NCBI GenBank assembly: GCA_010093815.1
Contig: ML996572.1
DNA from: Pseudovirgaria hyperparasitica
Lineage: Eukaryota
Strand: one strand, 5' to 3'
DNA length: 64,000 bases
The notes under the pieces are model-generated. The model was not told where the DNA came from, made no database searches, and saw nothing but the letters and a program-made list of their open reading frames with translations. This document shows, in pieces, positions 48,868 to 59,664 of the stretch. Position numbers and translations under genes: made by a program. Every line of letters starts with the position of its first letter. Position 1 is the first letter of the stretch.

Positions 48868-50285
48868 TGTGAGGTAGCTTCGTATGCGGTGGTAGCAATA
48901 CGAACTATGTCGGGGGCGGACTACGTCAGGGTTATGGAGCTTCCGCTGGTCGATATAGGCACAATGCGATAGCTATAAGAAATGACAAGCGGACGCGCGT
49001 CAGACAAGGTACAATGCTCGATGATCACCGCAAGGAATCCGTACATTTGAGCTTTCCTCGTCCGGGGTCCGTGTAGTTCATATACTCACTCCCAGCTCCA
49101 GGACTGTGGTCAAGCTGTTGACTTCCTTCTAACGGCACAATATGGCACCCGACACCATACCCCGCATATAAGTCATGGCTCACCGTTCCATTCATCGCCC
49201 AGGCAATGCTTCGTGCCGCAAAATGGAATTAGTTAGTACCCAGGGTGAGTAAATACGTGGTGCTAGTCTGCTAGACACGGGACCGCGCAGCTGGATCTAC
49301 ACGGTCCGTGATGATGCATCACAATGCTTGCATAAGAGCCCGAAAACAGTTTGATGAACAAATACGCATAAGCCTAGATTATAATCGCTTCGGTGATTGT
49401 GTAGTAATTGGGAGACGCCAGCCGCAGTCGGTCCTCGGCCAAGAGTCGGGTAAAAATGGACGGCCTCTGGCTAATACCTGGAGCTAGACGTTTTTGGGTA
49501 TCGAAGCTCCGTCAGCCTCATGTGGCGGAGACAAAGTGAAGTCATAACGCCAGAAGAAACAGTAAGCGGACGTCGGCATCAGACCTCGTGATTTGTGAAA
49601 TGCGTGTTGTATGCGCCGCACACGGGATCGAGAGTTGAATTGTGCCACACAATACGACCTTCGCGTGCATGTGAATCTTTCTGGTGTATGGGCGCTCTGA
49701 TGTTGTGCAACGTTGCACTTTTATGTCGAAAGCATACGGACGACAAGTTCCGGATCATCCTGCTTATAATCGACGGCGTGGTTGGAAGCTGTGACAATGC
49801 GACGACGACGTTTAGTTCATCGGCACAATCTTGTTTCCGGTCCCGCAATGACACGTGCGAGACACCCTCGGTATCGCCAGCCGCCTGGTGAGGAAATGTA
49901 ATCACCATATCGTGAAGACTGCTTCTGCCTTCCACCGTAGTGGAGAAGAAAGGTCCATATGAGTCTATGAAGACATACATTTGGCTCCTCTTCAGATCTC
50001 TACCAAGACTCCTCGGAGATTGAAATACGAAGCCACTATATCGACGTAAACGCTGCGCTTTGATTTGAGTAAATTGGTCGCCATCATCTTGGTGTATACT
50101 AAAATTGCACGCTCTTTTCAACCATACACGCAAAGCCATTACTCGTCGCCAAGGCTGTCCATAGCCGTTGCCCAGCCATCGCGGGCATCTCTACCATGTA
50201 CCCGTCGATTTGACCAAACCTAAAGGATGCTCGTGAGCTAGTGCCCCACCGCATTTGGAACTGGTCGCTCAGAATCGCGAAGGTA

Positions 50286-51968
50286 TCACATCACGTATAG
50301 GATATCAGTGTCTGGAGAAGGATGTTAGAACACATCAACGATACTCACGGGCAGTTGTTCTTAACTCACTCAGCGGGTGACTGCAACTAAGCTGGGGCTT
50401 CTGACTATATTTTCCCTCCAACTCGTCACGAATGCTGTTGAGCAATTGCACATAACTCTGGTTCGGGTTCTTCTTCAGAGCACTAATGAATGCATACGAC
50501 ATAGCGCCAGTAGCCTGGCTAGCGATTGTGGCGTCAGCGCTAGAATATGTCAGCTTCCTTGAAGGCGAATGGGTTTCGGTTACGCACGAAGTTTGATCGT
50601 CTTTGCTCCCAGACCACATTATAACATCCGCAGGCGAAGTCTTGGTGCGCATGTTCTTTTGGAAGACGTCGTCGCCGGTAGTAAGTTTCTTCAGAAGGCC
50701 AGCACCCGTGGAAAACATGCCCCCAATATCTTTCCTGGCATATGCTCCAACAATGCCCAATAATCCTGCACCAGCCTCTTTTGCAAGATTTGGTTCTTTG
50801 AGGACGCCTTGTGTGGAGTAGATGTACGGTAAATCTAATGCGGACCCGGAGTGGCAAGAGTCGAAGATTGCTGTAAGCCTAACGCCTGCTTGTAATGGCT
50901 GAACCCTGTGTTGTAATCAGTGGTCGCACTATGTGTCAAGCATTCAACGTACATTATTCTGTGCATCTCATCATCGACAATGTGGCCCGCGGTACGGAAA
51001 TCCACTGGATAAATAACTTCGTCGTAGCCATCTTCTTCGTCGCCATCAAGATCTTTGGTTTGGCCACCGTGGCCGGAGTAGTGGAAAAATAGCGAATCGT
51101 CGGGTCTGGCATCCTTGACTAGCCAGTGCATAGCACGGAGGATATTCTGCTTGGTGGGTTGACTCATCGGATTCTGCTGGTCATCGGTCAGGATAACCAT
51201 GTCCTCCCGCTTATAGCGAAAGAAGCCGTTCAGGTAATTTGACATGTTCTTCACATCATTGATGCATCCGCGCAGCTGACCGCGCTGATTGAAGTAGTTG
51301 ATGCCGATGAGTAGTGCTTTGCGACGACCATTGCACGCAGAGTACCGGAAATGGTAATTCGAGGGAGCACCATGGCCAAATGCCTGTTCTTGCTGCGGAG
51401 GCGGTGGAGGCGCATTATGGTTCCCTTGTGTCCATTGGTTGCTATTCACAGTTGGCATTCGTCCTACTACCAATCAGTTACGTGCGTTTGGTGCTCATGA
51501 AGAAGATTTGTTTACCAGGTTGTGGATATTGACCTGGGGGTGGGCCTTGGGGCTGGTTGTTCGGCGGAGGGTAGTTGTTGTACTGCTGTGGAGGAGGAGT
51601 CTATCTTCAATATCAGTCCTGTAACAGGCCTTGTCAAGGAAACATAAAACAAACGTTCTGGTACCCGCCGGGTGGGCCTTGAGGCGGATAGCCTTGGTAA
51701 TTCTGCGGTCTGAGACTTGTCAGCCTGCACCTGAGAAACAAACCACACCTTTCCTGCCTCGCTCCAACAAATAAAAGATGTGCTCTTACGGTCCGTATTG
51801 TTGTGGTGGAGGACTGTTATACAGCTGCGGCGGCGGACCTCCATATTGCGCCGGAGGACCATAGTTTTGAGGCGGCTGGCCATAATTCTGGACAGGAGGA
51901 TATCCGCCACCTCCTTGGTGAGACTGTCCACCCGAATAGTGACCTCCGGGAAACTGATTATAAGACAT
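50286..51968 (-). CDS. MCA1: Metacaspase type I with Pro/Gln/Tyr-rich prodomain, multi-exon
   Basis: [28 protein letters not shown] (catalytic His); [16 protein letters not shown] (catalytic Cys); [22 protein letters not shown]; last exon ends TDILYVM*. Confidence 0.95.
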
Positions 51969-54918
51969 CGAGGGGCGCAGAGGATATGGAACGAGAGAGG
52001 TGTGTCAAGCGTTCAGCAGGCGAAGGGATGTAGGGGAGAAGGAGGCTAGGACGACGATACGTAAATAGAAGAGTAATGGGATTTCGTGAGAATAGTCAAA
52101 GTTTTGAGCGTCGTAGGTAGGGCGGAAGTTCACGATTCGGTTGTGTGCGAGGTACTGATGGCTGGAGGGATATTACGGCGGGGTAGTAGGGTCTGGAGCT
52201 GACCTAGCTGACGATGCGTATGCGTACAGGAGAGGATGACACAGCTTGGAAGGTGGATGACTGACACAAGTATGGCAGGTAGAATGCTGTATATATATGG
52301 AGATGGTAAAAGAGAAATGAAGCCGTAGATATTGAATTGAAGGGCCGCAGCTGTACAAGAGAGTAGAAAAAAAAGATGTGGTTGACAACCTCGAAACAAA
52401 CGTCTCTAGCTTTGTTCGACCTCCAGCTCTCGTCTCTACGCCTGCATGCGCGGATATGATTGGCCACCGACAGATGGATTGGGAGGTTTGGGTCGTTGGC
52501 ATATGCATATACACTTCATACAATTATCCTTCTCTGTCTCATTGGCTGTATCGAGGCTACATCATGCATAGCAGCAATCGCCAGCGCACTCTTGCTCAAG
52601 CTCCGCCAGGCTCTACACATATGACCCCAGAACGAACTCCCCTCCCCTTTAGCGGCCTCGCCGAATCTTCGCCATAATCGCCTCCGTATGTGTCCATACT
52701 TATCCTTACCCTACATCACTAATATCGTACCCGCGTCGGGCTATTCCACGAATCATCGGCTTGATAATTATACGGCGAAAAGCCTTCACAGCGGATCCCC
52801 ACAGACACTAGGCATACCGACATGGCCGCTCGTCCGCCCAATGTAGTTGCATAGCCATCGCTCACTCTTGACGGGCTCCGTCCCTGGTCGGCAGTACTTC
52901 GTTACAATTGTTTCGTTACAGTCCCTCGGGAAGTGATATCGGAGCTGGTTCTGGGGCTGAGCTTGCGTTTTTGCGAACGCGCGACTCAAATTGCCACGCC
53001 ATGAGGTACAGTCGAGACTCGCACGATAGCTGATATAGCGATAAATTTGGTATAACCATAGCTTTTCTTTGGCTACTTAACTGGGCAGGCGTATTTAGCT
53101 AACATCCCGATATCTAATAGATCGCCTTCTTTTAGCCCCATTATCGATATATTAAGTCGTAAAATAGGTATAGAATAGGTATTGACGGGCCGGGAGATGG
53201 CTCTTGATGGAGGTAGCCAATCAATACCTAGGAGGTAAGCTTACGTAAGAACCGACTGTACGATAATCTCCCTAAAACGATGTCATTGACGTGATCGGAT
53301 TCGTATCGTTATAGCGAGTTTGACTGTACATGTATTGCCTTTACTGTGACCCGATCCATGAAGAGCGTTCAAGCGGTCTTTTTTTGTGGTTAAATTGCAA
53401 CTGGATTGGGACAGGGACTTCTTTTATGCCATTACGCGCGCGCAAATCCCCGCTACTTGAGAAGAGAGCCACACTTCTTTTCACAATTGCAATCATCTAC
53501 AGCGGTGATAACAGGCCATCTGATCTTACCACCATGTGGGTTGCGTTGCAAGACAAGAGTTGGCTACTACTATATTTTGCCAGAAGGCTGTGGACGTCCT
53601 CCAGTTCCCGGAAACGAACCTGATCGCAGAAGCGCCACATCCCAATCCCCCAGCCCGAGTCATTTCAGTCACAATATTTCATGTGAAGCGCATGGTGCTC
53701 AGGTGTGTATATAGATTGGGGTTAGAAAGGCTGGAGCCCGGGATGCGTTTATGGTGCCATTCTAGGGTGAATTGGATCAAGAGGATGTCAGGAGGGATGG
53801 AGGTGCTGAGATCTAAGTTTTAGAAGGTTGATGTTCCCGCTGACTGAGTAAGCAATAAAATTAAGCATACGGCCGGGGGTGTTGAGTGTTGTCTAGCTGG
53901 GGAAGAAGGTGAAGAGCTGAGCTACGTCACGGAGTCTTCTGAGGCGCTAGTACCTGGGTCTGCGAATGCCAGTACTTCTGAGCGGTCGTCGTACTTCATC
54001 ATTTTGGAAACCTGTGAAGACGCTCATTGTTAGGCTTACAGGTGTTTTGATGGCATGTCCAGACTTGTTCTCTGACCTCTTTACAAGCCAACTTGTAAAT
54101 GATTCTCGAGGAAGACACGAGGGGCAGCGACTGTCAGCTGACTGATTTATGCAACGATTTACATATTGAGAGGCCGGTATTTCACTTCGATGGCCGAAGA
54201 AGACATTTAGACCGACTTCAAGTCTTCAAGGAAATAAACGACGCGTACAAGATGCATAAGCAGCCCCTGAATAATAGAGTGGAATTTACGAGCCAGTGTC
54301 ACCAATACTTCTGTGAGGAGAAGAATATGCCTCTTGTAGCCACTATCATGAGAGTAGGCAGGAAGGGCCGGAGCCCTTGAGGCGTAAAACATGAAAAGTC
54401 CAAATGGAAAGATCTTAGGTAAGTTGGTCAAATCATATCAAGGTAGAAAGGTCTTGCAAAGCCAAGATGTTGTCTCGTGGAGCAGAAATGAGAGGCTTCC
54501 GGAAAAGAACGGACGTTTGGGGACGAGCACGGTTAGGCGAGGATCAAGTTCGAAAGAGCCCTTCCTGGATCTTGTAGGGAGGTAAAGAAACCATTGTTGT
54601 TCAGACATAGACTCAGCTTCTCTCAGACTTCTTGCTGAGTCAGGATCTTTCTTGATGATTTCTTTGAGGAAAGAGCATGACGTGTTCGCCATTTCTTCCG
54701 GAATTGACCGTCCTGATTTCCATAATAGAAGATTTCACCCCATCCTGTGCTTGTATATTTCGATTCTCTGATCTACCTTCGACGACTAGCTGAGCCAAAA
54801 CCCTCTCATTTCTATCATACCTGCTGATGCTGTATCGGTTCCTTTCCTTGTAAACTCCTTCCTATTACTTCTAACTTATCTTTGGCTCACACCTGGTCAC
54901 CTTATTGTTGCGTTCCCC

Positions 54919-56753
54919 ATGGCAACCTATCCTTTCATTCCATATCCCACTGAGGATGAATGGGCTTCGCTCGACAGCTACCAAGCAACCACTCGCGACT
55001 TCGATGGTACGCCGTTTCTCCTGGTAGGAAGACTCAATGAAAGCACGCCACGACCTGGCACTCCAGTCTATGGAAATGCTAGGGCTCAGATACGCATGTC
55101 ATCGAAGAGAGGACCAATCCTCGAGTACCCGGCGAAGCTAGTCGATGACAATGGCCGGCCATTCTGCACTGTAGACATTCCTCACTACTGTCAAGACGAT
55201 GCAGATACAATCAGCATTCCAAAATGTAACTTGTTCTCGGCATTAGATACTGATATCCCGCGGAAGCTTTACAATCCGAATAATCTGACTGCCACAACAA
55301 CACTATGGAGCATCATTGCAGGCCTGCTGGAGTCGCAAGAGAAGAATGTGCGCTTCAGCCTGAGATGTGAGATGCAGAACAGATACCCTCCTCCGTCTGG
55401 ACAGCCACCAAGGAAACTTAGTGCTTTGCCGGAGGCTCGCAAGCCATCCGCTTTGGCCATACCGAGTCCTGTTGAGGTATGGCTCCTTTCGCAACGCTGA
55501 ATCTATTTGAGCTCACATCCTGTCAGGAAGCTCTATCCGTGATCTCATCACCTCCGTCAGAACCTGAGTCCCGAAGAGAGCCATATCTGGAGTCTGAAAT
55601 CGAGCCCGTGGCTCTCTGTCAATGCGGTAATCCACTTCCTCCTCGAAAGGCGGCGACATTACCTCCAGAAATACCATCGAGGAGAGAGAGTGTTGCTCGG
55701 ATTGCTTCTCCCCCAAGATCACCAATGGAAGCTTCACCCACACCGAGTGTGCCACAATCTGTCCAGCCCTCTCGTCATGCGAGTCTTATGTCTGCTCACC
55801 CACAGTCCCGACAGCCCAGTATCGCACCACCAACACGTCAACCATCGACATATGAGCCAGTTTCTTCGCGGCGACCGACTATCGCACCTCAAACTCAACA
55901 GCCTACCATCATTGCAGACACTATGCCTCTACGACGTGCGACTACAGTGCCTGCATCTCGGCAGCCCAGTCTGGCTCCTGCACGTGCGCCTTCACGTCAA
56001 CCAAGTGTCGCACCTGCAGTAGATAAATCTCCCTTCAGTGATCCACTACAAGGACCACCTCAAAGACGCAAGAAAGTGCCTGGACACGGGACCTCGCCTG
56101 CTTTGGCACCGTCTGTTTCGACCGAATCAAATGATACGACTCTGCCAGACGTGCCACCTCCACCAACACCTCCCCCATTGCCACCTGCTTCTGCTCCGAC
56201 TGGCACGATCCACCCCCGGGTATCTATAATCCCTCCACTCCGCCTCGCAAGTCGCGAGCCTACTCTAGTAGGTAGTCCAAAAGTTGCACCTGCTCTCGAA
56301 ACCTCGCTGACCGAGCCCGCATTCCCTTCGCCACCGCGGATAGGTCGTGTTCCAACAATTCTTTCCAAACTTCAGAATCAGCCTGACTTTGATCTAAAGC
56401 CAACGCCCGGTCGTCGTGAGTCCGCGGTACCCGCAAAGAAGCTGCCTCCGTTGACACGAGATGATCGCGATAAAGCGTCGCCTCTAGACGATTTAAGGAA
56501 AGCGCTAAAGAATCGACGGCTGAATCATCGACAACGGAATGTCAATGATGAAACTTTGACCATCATGACAGAAGCTTTAGCAGCACTGGAGCAAAGTACG
56601 AGAAGTGCGCTAAATATCAATGATCAAATGGATGACGAGAAAGCTATGGAGGTTAACAAAGAAGTTGCACAGGATCTTGAACGGTTAAAGCAGCAGTTTG
56701 GTGAGGACCTAGTAGGCGCACTGAAGAAATTAGATGACGGCGAGTCTTGGTGA
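54919..56753 (+). CDS. Hypothetical proline-rich protein, 2 exons
   Basis: Exon 1 54919-55476, 50-nt intron 55477-55526 (GTATGG..CTCAC..TCAG), in-frame exon 2 to 56753; about 594 aa. No family recognised (see findings). Confidence 0.75.
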
Positions 56754-56908
56754 AAGAAGCCGGTGTGCTCTTGAATCTTGCCTTTTTATCATGAAGCCGA
56801 GAGGAATACATGTCTTTCTTTCAGTACATGTGTCTACTAATCTCTCTGATATCAGATATCAGTGAATATGGCCGACGTTACTGGACTGTTGTAAGTAAGT
56901 CCTGTGTT

Positions 56909-57760
56909 CTACTCCACACCATCTTCTGTTGTATCCAAGAACGGCCGGAAAGCTGCAAACTCCAAGAACTTCCTCGTCTTGGCCTGATTCATTGGCTCCA
57001 TACCCCCATCCGCTTTCTTCAATGCCTCTAAATACGCCGGCCTCTTCGCTACATCGCTTAGATACCTCAAAATATTCTTAAAAGGGGCCAGGTTCACAGG
57101 ATAAAATCCACGCATGGTCGTCAAAGTGAACACCGTCATCGCGTCCGCCGCACTAAGCTCCTCGCCAGCTAGATACCTGGTCTTTGAAAGTCGATTGTCG
57201 ACGAGCTTCAGAGCGTTCTTGAACTTATCGCCGAAGCGCTTGCCGATAGCCGAATCGTTTTGACCCGCGAAGCCTAGAGACATGCTGCGACCTAGGCCAG
57301 GTTGTAGCGTGCCATTAGCGTAGTGTAGCCAGGATAAATAGGGCACATAGTCCGGGTCGCCCGGGGTTCGGATCATTCGTGTCCCAGGCGCTTTGCCAGA
57401 ATACACGGACAGGATGTAATCGACGATGGCCATGGATTCGAAGAGCTCCACAGGTGGAGACATATTGGTGTCGCGGAAGAAAGGGGCTGTGCCGGTTGAT
57501 GTCTGAGATTATTAGGAAATGTACCTTGAATCGGCGATGATATGATAGATGAAGACGCACAATCTTTTTGAGTTCTTCAGGAGAGCCACCGCTTTCAGGG
57601 TCCCGCTGGAAGATTTTGAGGTCGTAGGGAACTTGCATTTCCTTAGAGACATTTAGAATTCACAGGATTCTGAAGTTCAAGAGGAGGGCAGAGGAACCTC
57701 TAAAAGCCAGACAACCCTTTCGCTCTGACTGAGGTGCAGATGATACACTTCGAGAGGCAT
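56909..57760 (-). CDS. Glutathione S-transferase (Gtt1-like), 3 exons
   Basis: MPLEVYHLHLSQSERVVWLLE|EMQVPYDLKIFQRD...; TAPFFRD..LFESMAIVDYIL; YLSWLHYANGTLQP; YLAGEELSAAD; RPAYLEALKKAD. Confidence 0.9.
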
Positions 57761-57958
57761 AATGGTCGTGTGTCTGATGGTGAATATGCTGTTAGGCTTG
57801 AGAATGATATGCTAGAGGTGATATTGTCTGAAGAATAGACAGCTAGGCACTTTACCGTATCTATATTGGACCATGATGACCAATAGAGCGTTTCGTTCGA
57901 ACTATTGCTCCTGACGTAGCCTAAACGCTTTCCAACTTGTATAGCCGGCTGGGATGAG

Positions 57959-57997
57959 TGACGTCATAGGTTGAATGAAAGTGATATATCACGTGAT
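57959..57997. promoter_or_regulatory. CRE (TGACGTCA) and E-box palindrome (ATCACGTGAT) about 200-240 bp upstream of the GST start
   Basis: Exact palindromes at 57959-57966 and 57988-57997; function inferred only. Confidence 0.35.
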
Positions 57998-59664
57998 TTC
58001 AGCGTGACCCGAAAATTTGAGAATCCGTCTACCTCCAGCGTCAATTACGAACAACAGATGCGTCCAGCCGCGCACGAACCTTCGATTCTCATCTTCTGAC
58101 TTGGTAGAAAAGGTATTATGAAAGAGCAAGGTCATGACGGGCTAGGATTGCAGATTTGTAAATGACACTTGGGTACACCCGCTTTCGCATTTGCGTTTAA
58201 AACGGCTTCTACGTCTTCTCTGAATATTGCAGAGCCCTATGAAGTGCTTCAGACCACGGTTGAACTTTTCCAGTTCCAGACGAAATTTAAGGCGCTGGCG
58301 TGCGTTCACAATGAGCAATGATACACAACGCGTGTAAAGCACGCGTCTTTTTCTGCTTGTGGAGAGGCTCCGCGGTTGGAAGCACCGGAAACGTCGATCT
58401 TCCACCATTTCTAACATGTTGTAATCATGTTTGTCGTGTAGTCTATGCTCAAGCAGTCCCTGTAGACTGTTTGCTGAGGCACAAGACGCATGCAACCATG
58501 CTGCAGCCGCTATGCTTGTGCTTCCTTCCATATTATATGCCGGATGCGTCGGCTCCCAATCGCGGCGATTGTACGACTTTTGACTTATTTGGTTCCATCC
58601 GCAGATTTCCCGAGTACTTCGTGACCGGTCGCTCTACATGTTATCTCGTACGCTATTGATGGCTTTGCTCTTTGTACTTCTGCTCCCGTGAGGTCGAGCA
58701 GTCTGCCTTGAAGTATGCCTCATAGAGCACTTTGATATATGGTGCAGCATATCATTACATTCGCGAAACGCTTCATATCGAGATTATCTCCTATGCCAGA
58801 AGTCAATGAGCATGAAGATTTATCTTTCCCACAGATGTTATTTCTATAGATACGCGAACCGTGTGTCTCATCTGCAATATCCCGTGCACACAAGGTATTG
58901 TGATGAAGTTTAAGTCAACCAACACCTTTTAGTCATTGCATATGTTGATCTTTGTAGGTAACGTTTGGTCCTGGTCCCATGCTACTTGGTCGTCCTACAG
59001 TGCGATACTGCTGTGGTCTCTTCAGCATTCAATGTAGAATATAGGGCTGTTGAATGTCTGAAGAGCATGTAGTGCGACAACAGGACAGAGTACTTCTAGA
59101 TCCCCCGAACTTAGTCGCAGCTAACGACGAATTCATTACGTATCACAAACCGTGCATTCCATTTGCCTGCGGCAACTTGAATATGTACTACAGAAGTCAA
59201 CGCAGTTTGCTACGGGCAATTTAGTCCACCGCGCGGCGAAGCAGGACTGCGAGTCATTGTAGGTAATTTGACTTCAATATCTGGGTTTGTTCGCTTATTA
59301 CGTCTGTATTAAAACCATCCTGTGAAATTCATGATCTTTCAGAAACGATCTCTGGCAATGGTTCTTTCAGCGCTACGTCTTAAACCTAAACCGAAAGCAG
59401 AACTACAGAAAAGTCGGTGTATGGACATCGTTCAGTGTTCTCCTAAACCACAACAACCTCCAGCAGACCCACCAGGCGCATGCTTAGTGTCCGAATCAGA
59501 CCTTGGCGTAAAAGGTGTGTCTTGCAGCCTGTCGCTCGAATATCAGTCAACTGACGCCTGCAGTGCTATTCAGTGGAATTACATCGAGCCAGTGTAAATC
59601 AGTCACATCATTGTATCCGCAACCACAACGTTCAGGATGCAGTGACCCCCCGGCTAGCTCGCCC

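Noticed and set aside
49579..50139. 186-aa ORF downstream of the metacaspase
   Set aside because: No recognisable motif or coding-like composition; likely 3' flank.
50312..50369. Second in-frame GTGAGT donor in the last metacaspase intron (alternative splicing or stwintron)
   Set aside because: Its use would leave only a 37-nt intron, probably too short, and there is no nested branch/acceptor set.
53612..53645. GAACCTGATC resembling a TPP riboswitch core
   Set aside because: The upstream CTGAGA element and the following GxTAAT..CG.AGG stem-loop are missing, and there is no thiamine gene nearby.
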